From contig JBBDRK010000046.1 in NCBI GenBank assembly GCA_040905465.1, positions 1 through 37,441 on the forward strand: 37,441 nucleotides of DNA, read 5' to 3'. The notes under the pieces were generated by a model that searched no databases, had not been told where the DNA came from, and saw only the letters and a list, made by a program, of their open reading frames with translations. The translations under genes and the position numbers were made by a program. Below are positions 26,761 to 37,441 of this stretch, in pieces. The DNA comes from Trueperaceae bacterium. GTDB lineage: Bacteria; Deinococcota; Deinococci; Deinococcales; Trueperaceae. Positions within the stretch are counted from its first letter, which is position 1. Every line of letters starts with the position of its first letter.

Positions 26761-28770
26761 ATGAATCCTGACGCCGCCAGCATCTCGCTGGCAACCCTGG
26801 GCGGAGCCACCGTGCTGCTGGCCTGGGCGCTGGCCACCTATGCGCTCGTTACCGGCGTAGTGGGTGCCCGGCGACGCGACCCACGCCTGCAGACGTCGGC
26901 GCGGCTGGCCGCGGTGGCCGTGTTCCTGGCCGTTACCGCGTCGCTGGTGGTGATGGAGGTGGCGCTGATCAACGACGACTTCAGCGTCAGTTACGTCGCC
27001 GAGCACTCCCGCCTCGCCTCGCCGTTATGGGTGAAGGTGGTCACCCTGTGGGCGGCGCTGGAAGGTTCGATCCTGCTGTGGGCCTGGTTGCTGTCGGGTT
27101 ACACCGCGGTCCTGGCGCTCACGGCGCCGAACACCGTGCTGCGTCCCTGGGCACTGGCGGTGATGCAGGGCGTGCAGGTGTTCTTCCTGGGCGTGGCCGC
27201 TTTCGCCGCCAGCCCCTTCGGGCTGGTCGCCAACCCGCCGCTCGACGGTCCCGGGCCCAACCCCTTACTCCAGAACCACTGGATGATGGCTGTCCACCCG
27301 GTGCTCATGTACCTGGGGTTCGTCGGGCTGACGGTGCCGTTCGCATACGCGATGGCCGCGCTGATCACCCGTCAGCCGGGCGTGACCTGGATGACCCAGA
27401 CCCGCCGCTGGACACTCACCGGCTGGGGATTCCTCTCCGCCGCTATCGTGGCCGGCGGCTGGTGGAGCTACGAGGTGCTCGGGTGGGGCGGTTTCTGGGC
27501 CTGGGACCCGGTGGAGAACGTCTCCTTCCTGCCCTGGCTGAGCGCCACCGCCTTCATCCACAGCGTTCAGGTACAGGAGCGCCGGCGAATGCTCAAGGGC
27601 TGGAACCTGCTGCTGGTGAGCCTCACCTTTGCGCTAACCATCCTCGGAACTTTTCTGACCCGGTCGGGAATCGTCTCGTCGGTGCACGCCTTCGGCGACG
27701 GACCGGTCGGCCCGCTGTTCCTGGGCTTCTTCCTGCTCGTGATCCTGTTCGCCTTCGGCCTCATCGCCATGCGTTGGGACCAGGTGCGTGACCGTGCCGA
27801 ACTGGACGACCCGGTGAGCCGCGAAGGCGCCTTCCTGTTCGGCAACATCCTGTTCCTGGCAATCGCCTTTGCAGTCTTGCTGGGCACCATCTTCCCGCTG
27901 GTCGTCGAGGCGATGAGCGGCGACAAGGTAACCGTGGGGGCGCCCTTCTTCGACCAGGTGAGCTTGCCGCTGTGGATGACGATATTCCTGCTGATGGGGG
28001 TCGGTCCGCTGCTTCCCTGGCGCAAGGCCGAGGAGCAGTCGCTTCGCCGCAACCTCGCCTGGATGAGCGCGGGCGGGCTGTTGACCGGCGCCGTGGCGTT
28101 CATGCTGGGCGTGCGCCTGGTGTATCCGCTGCTCACAGTGGCGCTGGCCGGCTGGAACCTGGTGAGCGTGTACCTGCTGCTTCACGGCGCTATCGCTCCG
28201 CGGCTGCGCCTCGCCCGCAAGCGCAGCGCGCTGAGCGTCTTTCGCCGGTACGCCTTCGAGAGTCGCCGCCGTTTCGGATCGATGATCGTCCACTTCGGGG
28301 TGATAGTTATCGCCCTCGGTATAGCGGGCGCCTCCGGCTACCGCATCGATCAGCAGATGCGGTTCGACTTCGGCGAGCCGGTGCCCTTCCGCGGCTACAC
28401 GCTCACCGCCGTGGACAGCTTCCGCGAGCAGACGCCCGGCCGCTCGAGCGCCGGGGCGATAGTCGACGTCGCTCGTGACGGTCGCCACGTCACCACATTG
28501 CGTCCTCGCATCAACGCATTCGGGGGCAATCAACAGAACGTCCCGACGCCCGACGTGCTCTACACGCCCTGGCACGATCTATATCTGTCGCTCGCCGGCA
28601 ACGTGAGTCCCGACCAGCAGTTCGTCGTCCTGCGAGTGGTCCAAAGCCCGCTCGTCGCCTGGATCTGGCTTGGTGGCCTGATCATCGCTCTAGGCACCGT
28701 CTGGGCACTGCTGCCGGGCCGGCCCGCCGAGCGCGGGTCGACCGCCCGCGACAGGATGGTGAGCGCATGA
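26761..28770 (+). CDS. ccmF: Cytochrome c heme lyase
   Basis: 'W...EGS.LLW', 'NPLLQ..M..HP', 'WSYEVLGWGGFWAWDPVEN' and 'GTFLTRSG..SSVHAF'. Confidence 0.97.
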   Translation: MNPDAASISLATLGGATVLLAWALATYALVTGVVGARRRDPRLQTSARLAAVAVFLAVTASLVVMEVALINDDFSVSYVAEHSRLASPLWVKVVTLWAALEGSILLWAWLLSGYTAVLALTAPNTVLRPWALAVMQGVQVFFLGVAAFAASPFGLVANPPLDGPGPNPLLQNHWMMAVHPVLMYLGFVGLTVPFAYAMAALITRQPGVTWMTQTRRWTLTGWGFLSAAIVAGGWWSYEVLGWGGFWAWDPVENVSFLPWLSATAFIHSVQVQERRRMLKGWNLLLVSLTFALTILGTFLTRSGIVSSVHAFGDGPVGPLFLGFFLLVILFAFGLIAMRWDQVRDRAELDDPVSREGAFLFGNILFLAIAFAVLLGTIFPLVVEAMSGDKVTVGAPFFDQVSLPLWMTIFLLMGVGPLLPWRKAEEQSLRRNLAWMSAGGLLTGAVAFMLGVRLVYPLLTVALAGWNLVSVYLLLHGAIAPRLRLARKRSALSVFRRYAFESRRRFGSMIVHFGVIVIALGIAGASGYRIDQQMRFDFGEPVPFRGYTLTAVDSFREQTPGRSSAGAIVDVARDGRHVTTLRPRINAFGGNQQNVPTPDVLYTPWHDLYLSLAGNVSPDQQFVVLRVVQSPLVAWIWLGGLIIALGTVWALLPGRPAERGSTARDRMVSA

Positions 28771-29309
28771 GCCGGGGGCTGATGGTGCTTGCCGTTGTCG
28801 GGGCCCTGGGCGCGCTGTTCCTGTTCGGTCTGCTGCGCGGCGAGCCGGACCGTGACATCGCCTCGGCACGGCTCGGCAAACGTCTTCCGGACTTCGAACT
28901 GCCCGTTCACGCCCGCTTCCGGACCGACTACGGAAGCACTTTCGAATTCGAATCGGAAGCCCTCGGGCGCCCCCTGGTCGTCAACTTCTGGGCCACCTGG
29001 TGCATACCGTGTCGGGACGAGGCGCCGGTGCTGCAGGCGGCGTGGCGGCGCTACGGCGACCGCTTGACCATACTTGGCATTCAGACGCAGGACCCCGGCC
29101 GGGTGGCCGGCGGACTCGAGTTCATCGACGAGTTCGGCCTCACCTTCCCGAACCTGATCGACGAAAGGTCGCGGGTGAGCATCGATTGGGGTCTGTTCGG
29201 CGTACCCGAGACCTACTTCCTGCGCGCCGACGGAACGCTGGCCTACAAACATACCGGCATCGTCAACGAAGCGGTGCTCGACGAGCGTATCGGGGAGCTC
29301 CTGCAGTGA
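28767..29309 (+). CDS. ccmG: Thiol:disulfide interchange protein (CcmG/TlpA family)
   Basis: N-terminal TM, '[10 protein letters not shown]' and 'GVPETYF'. Confidence 0.9.
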   Translation: MSRGLMVLAVVGALGALFLFGLLRGEPDRDIASARLGKRLPDFELPVHARFRTDYGSTFEFESEALGRPLVVNFWATWCIPCRDEAPVLQAAWRRYGDRLTILGIQTQDPGRVAGGLEFIDEFGLTFPNLIDERSRVSIDWGLFGVPETYFLRADGTLAYKHTGIVNEAVLDERIGELLQ

Positions 29310-29863
29310 GACACGACCGGCGCCGCATGCAATCGCTGACCGGTTACAGGCGGCTGCACCATCTACGGCCGGGCTTGCGACGACCATCCTTTCAACGACT
29401 GGGTCCTCTGGCGCTGCTCGCGCTGATGACGCCGCTCCTGCTGCTGGCGGGCAGCGCGGCGGCTCAGGCGCCGTCGGCGCGAGGCGACCAAATCGACGCG
29501 CGCACCTTCGAGATCGCCGACAAGCTGCGCTGCCCGGTGTGCGTTTCCGAGTCGGTGGCCCAGTCGAGCTCCGAAATCTCGCTAGAGATGCGTCAGATCA
29601 TCCAGGGCCAACTCGAACAGGGCCGCAGCGAGCGTGAGATCCTCACCTTCTTCCAGGAACGTTACGGCGACTGGATCTTGCTGGAACCTCCCAAGCGCGG
29701 CCTGCACCTGCTGGTCTGGTTGCTGCCCGCGGCCGCCGCACTGGCGGGCAGTGCCGCCCTGGTGCTGCTGATGCGCCGCTGGCTGCGCGCCAGCCGGGAG
29801 CCGATCGAGGTCGACGAGAACGATCTCAAACGGGTTCGCGACGCGCTGTCGGAGCACGGTTGA
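29306..29863 (+). CDS. ccmH: Cytochrome c biogenesis protein CcmH
   Basis: 'LRCPVC.SES...S' and 'ERYGDWILLEPP'. The start is uncertain. Confidence 0.92.
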   Translation: MRHDRRRMQSLTGYRRLHHLRPGLRRPSFQRLGPLALLALMTPLLLLAGSAAAQAPSARGDQIDARTFEIADKLRCPVCVSESVAQSSSEISLEMRQIIQGQLEQGRSEREILTFFQERYGDWILLEPPKRGLHLLVWLLPAAAALAGSAALVLLMRRWLRASREPIEVDENDLKRVRDALSEHG

Positions 29864-29893
29864 GCGTGGAACCCCAACGATGACGAGACTCAG

Positions 29894-31414
29894 ATGCTGA
29901 CTTCCGTGATTATCATCCTCCTTGCCTTGGCCCTGTTCGGCTATGTCGCGCTACCCCTGTTGAACCCGCGCGGCGCCGATCCGCTGCCGCCGGAACGAGA
30001 CCCGGTAACCTCCGACCTCGAGGAGGAGAAGGCGGCGCTGTTCCGGGCGATACAGGAACTCGACAGCCGAGAGGACCTTCCACCGGAGCGCCGGGCGCAG
30101 CTTCGCGCTCGCTACGAAGCGAAAGCCGCCCGGGTGCTGCGGACACTCGACGAGCGGCCGGACGAACGGGCCGTGCCCGCTGCGGCGAACCCGCGTCGCC
30201 GCACCCGAATCCCTTACGGGGCCCTGACGCTCCTGGCGGGGACGCTGGTGATAGCCACCACCCTCGGCTCCTACGTTCTGCCGCGCATCGGCGAAAACGC
30301 CACTCTCACTTCGTTCTTCCGAGAGGACCTCGACCAGGCCCGGGCGCTGCGCGACGCCCAACGCGCCGCCGAGAACGATCCCAGCGCCGACAACCTGCTG
30401 GCGGTCGCCGACGCCTACTGGCGAGCCGACGACGCCGAGAACGCCCTGACCTACTATGAGCGTGCCGTCGAGGAGGCCGGCGCGCGGTCCGCTCTCGCCT
30501 TGCGTCGACTGGGGTTCCTCAACCTGCAGTCCGACCTCGGCGATGCGCTGGCCTACCTGGAACGCTCGCGCCAAATCGAGCCCGACGATCTCGACACGTT
30601 GTTCGCTATTGGCGAGATCAATTTCGCGCGGGGCGACCTCGATGCGGCCCGTGAGGCGTGGCGCGCATATCTCGAAGCTCCCGATGGCAGCAACGATCCC
30701 GCGGTACTGGCTCGCCTGGAACTTGCGACGGAGATGCACCCGGTGCTGGAGCGCGTCGAGGCCGACCCGAGCCGCGACAACCTGCTCGCGCTGGCCGACG
30801 TCCTGTGGCGCTTCGACGAGCGCGAGCGTGCAGTGGAGGTGTACTTCCGGGTGCTCACCCAGCTCGACCCCAACGATCCGGTGGCGCTGGGCCGTACCGG
30901 CCAACTGCTGTTCCTGAGCGGCCGCAACGAAGACGCCATCGCCCTGATGGAGCGCGCGGCAGAGAGCCGGCAGGTGGGAACGCAGACGCTGCTGTTCCTG
31001 GGCAACGCCTACTTCAGCGCGGAACGTTACCAAGAGGCGATCGACGTCTGGGAGCGGCACATCGCCCTTGTCGGCAAGGATGAGGCGGGACGCGTTCCGG
31101 GACTGGTAGCAGACGCCCGCTCCCGCCTGAACGGCCAGGCCGGAGCGCCGATCGCCACGACCGGTCAGGTAAGCTCCGGCGACAGCATCTTCGCGTCCAA
31201 TTGCGCCGGATGCCATGGGGAAGGCGGTTCGGGAGGGTCAGGACCGCGTCTGGCCGGCAATCCTCGCGCGAGCGAGCCCGAGAACGTTCGCAACGCGGTG
31301 CGTTTCGGCCGAGGAATGATGCCGGGCTTCGCCGCCGTCTTGAGCGAAGCCGAGATCGACTCGGTAGTTGCGTTCGTAACCGAGGTCCTCAACGCCTCCG
31401 GCACGGTGCGGTGA
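29894..31414 (+). CDS. CcmI-like membrane TPR protein fused to a C-terminal class I cytochrome c domain
   Basis: Two TM segments, multiple TPR-like repeats, and C-terminal 'FASNCAGCHG...GPRL...GRGMMPGF' (CxxCH plus distal Met). Confidence 0.85.
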   Translation: MLTSVIIILLALALFGYVALPLLNPRGADPLPPERDPVTSDLEEEKAALFRAIQELDSREDLPPERRAQLRARYEAKAARVLRTLDERPDERAVPAAANPRRRTRIPYGALTLLAGTLVIATTLGSYVLPRIGENATLTSFFREDLDQARALRDAQRAAENDPSADNLLAVADAYWRADDAENALTYYERAVEEAGARSALALRRLGFLNLQSDLGDALAYLERSRQIEPDDLDTLFAIGEINFARGDLDAAREAWRAYLEAPDGSNDPAVLARLELATEMHPVLERVEADPSRDNLLALADVLWRFDERERAVEVYFRVLTQLDPNDPVALGRTGQLLFLSGRNEDAIALMERAAESRQVGTQTLLFLGNAYFSAERYQEAIDVWERHIALVGKDEAGRVPGLVADARSRLNGQAGAPIATTGQVSSGDSIFASNCAGCHGEGGSGGSGPRLAGNPRASEPENVRNAVRFGRGMMPGFAAVLSEAEIDSVVAFVTEVLNASGTVR

Positions 31415-31998
31415 AGTCGCCGGGACAGTTCCGTGACAGCGACGCGCCAGCGCCGCGCGATCCTGGCCGTCGGCGACTGCTCGCCTGGCTGTGGCGCATT
31501 CCGGTGGTAGCGGCGCTGGCGGGCCTCGGTTACGCCGTCTTCGAGGGACGCCGCATCATCTTCGGCAAGGCGCCGGCCGGCCAGGAACCGGTGTTTCGGG
31601 CGCTCGAGCCGGTGACGGTGGCGCCGCTGGCCGCCTTCGCCGCGCCTTGGGACTCGGTCGCCTTCGAGCTGCAGGGCCTGCCGGCACTGGCGCTGCGCCT
31701 GCCGGAGCCGGTGGCCGGCGGCTTCGACCGCGGAGATCTCCACCTGGCGGGCTACAGCCGCGTGTGTACGCACCAGGCTTGTACCGTCTCGCTCAATCGC
31801 GACCTGGAGGCGATCGCCTTCGGCTTCAACTACCGAACCGACGCTCCTGCGCTGGTGTGCCCCTGCCATCTGAGTGTCTTCTCGCCCGGCGACGCCGGCC
31901 GCGCGGTCAGCGGACCGGCGACCGAACCGTTGCCGCGAGTGCGGCTGGCGGTGGAGGCGGACCAGGTGGTGGCGCTTGGGGTCGAGGACACCGCGTAA
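31411..31998 (+). CDS. Tat-exported Rieske [2Fe-2S] protein
   Basis: 'GRRRLL' twin-arginine motif plus TM; 'CTHQAC' and 'CPCHLS'. The GTG overlaps the upstream stop. Confidence 0.9.
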   Translation: MKSPGQFRDSDAPAPRDPGRRRLLAWLWRIPVVAALAGLGYAVFEGRRIIFGKAPAGQEPVFRALEPVTVAPLAAFAAPWDSVAFELQGLPALALRLPEPVAGGFDRGDLHLAGYSRVCTHQACTVSLNRDLEAIAFGFNYRTDAPALVCPCHLSVFSPGDAGRAVSGPATEPLPRVRLAVEADQVVALGVEDTA

Positions 31999-32049
31999 GC
32001 GGCCCCACGCCACAGCAACCGCCTACGCACTATCCTTAGGAGAGCAGCC

Positions 32050-33189
32050 ATGACGCACGGGAGGCAAGAAATGAACAGACTCAAGAAGCTGCAGGAGTTC
32101 GGTCAGTCCGTTTACATGGACGAGATCAGCCGTAGCATGCTGACCGACGGGACGCTGAAGACGCTCATCGAGCGCGACGGCTTGCGCGGAGTGACCTCCA
32201 ATCCGGCGATCTTCCAGAAGGCGATCGCCGAGAGCAGTGAATACGACGACACGATCGCCCAGCTCCAACGCGAGGGCCGAAGTGTCGACGAGGTCTACGA
32301 GGAGTTGGTCATCGCCGACATCGAAGGCGCTGCCGACCTGCTTCGGCCGGTCTACGACGAGAGTGACGGCCGCTTCGGCTACGTCTCGCTGGAGGTGAAC
32401 CCGCACCTCGCTTCCGACACCGAAGGCACGATCGCCGAGGCACGCCACCTGTGGGGCCAGCTCGCCCGACCCAACGTGTTCATCAAGGTGCCGGGAACCG
32501 AGGCCGGGCTGCCCGCCATTCGCGAGCTCATCGCCGAGGGCGTGAATGTGAACGTCACCTTGTTGTTCGGAATCGGTCGCTACCGTGAAGTGGCCGAACA
32601 GTACATCGCCGGGCTGGACAAGAGGCTCGCGGCCGGATACGAGATCGATCGGGTCGCGTCTGTGGCGTCGTTCTTCCTGAGCCGCATCGACGTAATGGTC
32701 GATCCGCTGCTCGAGGCGATCGAGGCCGAGGGCTCCGAGCGCGGCGCCAAGGCGGCCTCGCTCAAGGGAAAGATAGCCGTGGCGAACGCCAAGCTGGCTT
32801 ACCGCGCCTACCAGGAGATCTTCGGTGGTGAGCGCTTTGCCACCCTGGCCGAGCGCGGCGCCCGCACCCAACGTGTCCTGTGGGCCTCCACCAGCACCAA
32901 GAACCCGTCCTACAGCGACACCATGTACGTCGATCCGCTCATCGGTCCCGACACGGTCAACACCATGCCGGTCGATACGCTCGACGCCTATCGCGACCAC
33001 GGCGATCCGGCCTCGCGAATCGAGAAGGGAATGGAAGTGGCGTCGGCCCAGATGAGAGCGCTGGCGGAACTCGGCATCGACATCGACGACGTCACGGCCA
33101 AGCTGGAGCGCGAGGGCGTAGAGAAGTTCGTCAAGCCGTTCGACTCGCTGATGCAGACGTTGGCGGAAGCGGCCGGCGCCGCGGCCTGA
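32050..33189 (+). CDS. tal: Transaldolase
   Basis: 'GVTSNPAIF', 'VSLEV.P', 'FIKVPGT', 'NVNVTLLF' and 'LWASTSTKNP'. Confidence 0.95.
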   Translation: MTHGRQEMNRLKKLQEFGQSVYMDEISRSMLTDGTLKTLIERDGLRGVTSNPAIFQKAIAESSEYDDTIAQLQREGRSVDEVYEELVIADIEGAADLLRPVYDESDGRFGYVSLEVNPHLASDTEGTIAEARHLWGQLARPNVFIKVPGTEAGLPAIRELIAEGVNVNVTLLFGIGRYREVAEQYIAGLDKRLAAGYEIDRVASVASFFLSRIDVMVDPLLEAIEAEGSERGAKAASLKGKIAVANAKLAYRAYQEIFGGERFATLAERGARTQRVLWASTSTKNPSYSDTMYVDPLIGPDTVNTMPVDTLDAYRDHGDPASRIEKGMEVASAQMRALAELGIDIDDVTAKLEREGVEKFVKPFDSLMQTLAEAAGAAA

Positions 33190-33324
33190 GGCGGGGTACG
33201 AACGATACTGCGCCGCTCGTCTCGGCCGATGGGTTCGCACAACCATTCGGCGTGAATAGGCGTTCGCCCACTTAGAGCAGGCGGCGACAGAGGCTATCCT
33301 TCGGTGGTAGGGGGTGACTTTGCC

Positions 33325-33597
33325 ATGGCAAACACCAAACAGCAGACCCACGCATACCAGACCAACTTCAAGGAACAGGACCCCAAACGGCAGTACAACA
33401 CTCCGGACAACCTCAAGGATCGCCACGGCTCATACGACAAGGGTCAGGATTTCGACCCGACCGAGGGCTACGACGACCATCCCGACGATCAGTTCACCTC
33501 TGACATGGTTCATGACGAGGACAGGTTCAGCGCCCGGGAGGCGCATCAGTACGACGAGGACGACGAGGACGAGGCGGAGGAGAAGGAAGGGACCTGA
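33325..33597 (+). CDS. Small acidic, likely disordered hypothetical protein
   Basis: 90 aa, D/E-rich, host-like codon usage, GGGGGTG upstream of the ATG. Confidence 0.7.
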   Translation: MANTKQQTHAYQTNFKEQDPKRQYNTPDNLKDRHGSYDKGQDFDPTEGYDDHPDDQFTSDMVHDEDRFSAREAHQYDEDDEDEAEEKEGT

Positions 33598-33631
33598 CGA
33601 GTTCGGGTATCGGCCTGAACGTACGCGATCA

Positions 33632-33667
33632 CGAGCCCGGGAACGTTCAGCACGGTTCCCGGGCTCG
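33632..33667. terminator. Inverted repeat, possible terminator
   Basis: CGAGCCCGGGAAC...GTTCCCGGGCTCG, a 13-bp stem downstream of the stop at 33597. Confidence 0.5.
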
Positions 33668-33830
33668 CCGCGTTGCCGTCGCCCGCTGGGCGCCAGGGCT
33701 GCGAGTCGTCACCAGCCCAGGACCGTCGCTCGACCGGCGCGCACCGTTGTCGTCTGCTCGGTACCTGTGCCCGCCGGACCGCAATACAGAGCACTACAAT
33801 GTCCTTGTCCTTCAGGGCGAGGAGGGGACG

Positions 33831-34274
33831 ATGGAAGGTAACCGCACGGTCGGCCAGGTCCTGCAGGAGAAGGGGCGCGCGGTCTGGACAACGAAACCGG
33901 ACATGCCCGTATTCGAAGCACTGAAGCAGATGGCGCAGAAGAACGTGGGCGCGCTGGTGGTCGTCGAACGAGACCAGGTGCTGGGTATCTTCTCCGAACG
34001 CGACTACGCGCGCAAGATCATCCTGGCAGGCAAGAGTTCGAAGGTAACTCCGGTCGAGGAGATCATGAGTACCGAAGTGGTGTCGGTGGGCGCCTCGACG
34101 ACGGTACGCGAGTGCCTGTCGCTGATGACCGACCATCGGGTCAGGCATCTGCCGGTTCTGAGCGACGACCGGCTGGTGGGCGTGATCTCGATCGGTGACG
34201 CGGTGAAGTCGATCATCCGCGAGCAGGAGTACCTCATCGAGCAGTTGCAGACGTATATAGCCGGCCCGCTCTGA
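33831..34274 (+). CDS. CBS-domain pair protein
   Basis: 'VGALVV', 'GIFSERDYARK', 'RHLPV' and 'GVISIGD.VK'; GGAGG RBS. Confidence 0.93.
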   Translation: MEGNRTVGQVLQEKGRAVWTTKPDMPVFEALKQMAQKNVGALVVVERDQVLGIFSERDYARKIILAGKSSKVTPVEEIMSTEVVSVGASTTVRECLSLMTDHRVRHLPVLSDDRLVGVISIGDAVKSIIREQEYLIEQLQTYIAGPL

Positions 34275-34343
34275 ACTGGCCCGGTGTGAGCCGGCCCGGT
34301 GTGAACTGGCCCGGTGTGAACTGGCCCGGTGTGAGCCGGCCCG
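34257..34343. repeat. 15-bp minisatellite (TGARCYGGCCCGGTG) between convergent genes
   Basis: Units start at 34272, 34287, 34302, 34317 and 34332 (partial), with a degenerate unit at 34257 inside the CBS gene end. Confidence 0.9.
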
Positions 34344-34347
34344 CCGA

Positions 34348-35619
<1,272 letters not shown>

Positions 35620-35659
35620 TGCCCCACGCAGACGCCTGCATTCACGATCGCCGTCACCT

Positions 35660-36517
35660 TCAACCTTTCACCGCGCCGGCGGTAATACCGCGGACGAACA
35701 CGCCCTGGACGGCGCTGAACAGCAACGCGACCGGCACGGTCGCCAGCACCCCGGCCGCCATCATCAGGTTCCAGTACACCACGTTCTGTCCGGCGAAGCG
35801 GGTGAGCGCCAACGGGATCGGAAAGAGACTGGCGTCGTTGAGAAGGGCCAGTGGGAAGAGCAGTTGGTTCCAGGCGTGAATGAACGCGTAGATCGCGGCC
35901 ATGGCGATGCCGGGACCGGCCAACGGCAGGATTATGTAGCGCAGGCTGGTTAGGCGCGAACAGCCGTCGATCATCGCCGCCTCCTCGAGATCTTCCGGGA
36001 TTCCGGCGAGGTAACCGTGCAGCAGCCACAGGGCTATCGGCACCGCCAGCGCGCTCTGGGCGAGGATCACCGTGGAGAGCCGGTTGAGCATGCCGACACC
36101 CTGGACGATCTGGTAGATCGACACCACCAGCACCACCGGTGAGAACATCTGGGTGGCCAGGGCGACGAACAAGAGCGGAGTGCGGCCGCGGAACCGGAAC
36201 CGGCTCAGCCCATAGGCACCGGTGAACCCGAACACTACCGCCAGCAGCGCAGTCGAAACGGCGATTATCACGCTGTTCAGATAAGCCTGGCCGAAACGGT
36301 ACTGACCGGTGAACACCTCGACATAGTTGGCCAGTGTGAACGGCTCCGGCAGCCAGGTCGGCGGGAAGCTCAGAATGTCCGCGAAAGGAGTGAGCGAGGT
36401 CTTGATCATGACGTAAACGGGGAACAGCAACACCGCCAGGATGGCGATGAGAACGCCGTGCGTCACCAGCCCGCGCCGGATGTCGCGCCGCCTTCGTGCG
36501 GAAGAAGCGGCGTTCAT
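35660..36517 (-). CDS. Carbohydrate ABC transporter permease (MalG-like)
   Basis: EAA loop 'IPEDLEEAAMIDGCS', 'AYGLSRFRFRG' and six TM segments. Confidence 0.93.
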   Translation of the reverse strand: MNAASSARRRRDIRRGLVTHGVLIAILAVLLFPVYVMIKTSLTPFADILSFPPTWLPEPFTLANYVEVFTGQYRFGQAYLNSVIIAVSTALLAVVFGFTGAYGLSRFRFRGRTPLLFVALATQMFSPVVLVVSIYQIVQGVGMLNRLSTVILAQSALAVPIALWLLHGYLAGIPEDLEEAAMIDGCSRLTSLRYIILPLAGPGIAMAAIYAFIHAWNQLLFPLALLNDASLFPIPLALTRFAGQNVVYWNLMMAAGVLATVPVALLFSAVQGVFVRGITAGAVKG

Positions 36518-37407
36518 GTCCGCCTCGCCAGCCGGTACCAGTAGAGGATCGACAACGCCAGCAGGATCACGAATATCAGCGTCGCCAGCGCCGAAGCGCG
36601 CCCGAAGTCGAAGCTGCCGAAGGCCAACCGGTAGGCCTGGATGACCAGGGTGGTGGTGGCGCCGGCCGGGCCGCCGCGGGTGAGCGGATAGATCACCTCG
36701 AACGAGTTGAAGGTCCATACGCTGGTGAGCAACAGCACCACGAACATCACCGGGCGCAGCAGCGGCAGGGTCACGTGCCGGAACATCTGAGCCAGGCCGG
36801 CGCCGTCGACGGTCGCCGCCTCGTACAGCTCATCGGGAATCGACTGCAGGCCGGCCATCAGTACCATCGCCACGAACGGAATGCCGACCCACATGTCGAC
36901 CGCGGCGGTAGCAACGAAGGCGGTTCCGCTGCGCCCGAGCCAGGGCACGATCGGCAACCCGAGGATGTCGAGGAGCCCGTTGAGTTGCCCGTACTGAGAG
37001 TTGAGCACCCAGCGCCATACAACGGCGGCGACGACTATCGGCGTCACCCATGGGACCATCATAAGAGTCAGATAGATGCGGCGACCGATGAACTCGCGCT
37101 GCAGGAGCAGTGCCGCCACCATTCCGATGAGCAGCTTGCCGGCCACCGCCAGGATCGTCCAGCCCACCGTCACGCCCAGGGCGCGAAGGAATTCGGGGCT
37201 CCGTAGCAGCGCGGCGTAGTTGTCGAAACCTACGAAACCCTGCGGCTCCCAGGGTCGAATCGGGACGTTGTGGATGAACGAGCCGCGGATGACTTCGGCA
37301 ACGGGATAGGCCAGGAATACGGCAATGAAGAGAACTGTCGGCAATAGATAGAGGAAGGGAGACCGGTCGGGATGTAGCCAGCGCCTTGCGCCTCGCAGTA
37401 GGGTCAC
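36514..37407 (-). CDS. Carbohydrate ABC transporter permease (MalF-like)
   Basis: 'FVGFDNY', 'LQSIPDELYEAATVDGA' and 'LTRGGP'. Confidence 0.93.
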   Translation of the reverse strand: MTLLRGARRWLHPDRSPFLYLLPTVLFIAVFLAYPVAEVIRGSFIHNVPIRPWEPQGFVGFDNYAALLRSPEFLRALGVTVGWTILAVAGKLLIGMVAALLLQREFIGRRIYLTLMMVPWVTPIVVAAVVWRWVLNSQYGQLNGLLDILGLPIVPWLGRSGTAFVATAAVDMWVGIPFVAMVLMAGLQSIPDELYEAATVDGAGLAQMFRHVTLPLLRPVMFVVLLLTSVWTFNSFEVIYPLTRGGPAGATTTLVIQAYRLAFGSFDFGRASALATLIFVILLALSILYWYRLARRT

Positions 37408-37441
37408 GGGAGCACCTCGGTGGGGGGGGGGGGGGGGGGGG

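Noticed and set aside
29951-33426. Long antisense ORFs (421, 282 and 467 aa) and similar ones opposite other host genes
   Set aside because: Shadow ORFs from GC-rich codon bias opposite well-supported genes, with no recognisable motifs.
34257-34343. Possible CRISPR array
   Set aside because: The units are 15 bp and contiguous, with no unique spacers and no cas genes. It is a minisatellite.
37422-37441. 20-nt poly-G run (G-quadruplex or phase-variation tract)
   Set aside because: It sits exactly at the sequence end, typical of a two-colour sequencing or contig-end artefact.

Overview
The window has two parts. Positions ~1-17113 are an integrated, A/T-richer mobile element bounded by direct repeats of a tRNA-Ala(GGC) locus: a complete gene at 17015-17090 (-) and a second copy running off the window start. 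Its backbone is satellite/IME-like: tyrosine integrase, small hypothetical genes, a RepB-like primase-ATPase/helicase gene, an iteron-like repeat cluster, an excisionase-like HTH gene and small late-type ORFs, with no capsid or conjugation genes. The replicase is damaged twice, by an in-frame TAA in the primase HxYW motif and by an IS1634-family element (15-bp TIRs, 5-bp TSD) that displaced an SSB-like acidic C-terminal tail. The cargo looks defensive: a type II R-M module (C5 methyltransferase, SacI-family endonuclease, Vsr), a STAS-HATPase plus STAS-like gene pair, a stand-alone AAA/STAND-like ATPase and hypothetical winged-helix-like proteins. Positions ~17114-37441 are GC-rich host chromosome, most likely Deinococcota (Truepera-like), inferred from the L19 sequence and leaderless genes. 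This part holds rplS, an aminotransferase IV plus sulfotransferase-like pair, msrB, a sirtuin, msrA, ccmABCDEFGH with a CcmI-like TPR-cytochrome c fusion and a Rieske protein, transaldolase, a CBS protein, a Gfo/Idh/MocA oxidoreductase and sugar ABC permeases. All family calls come from motifs read by eye; no database searches were run.
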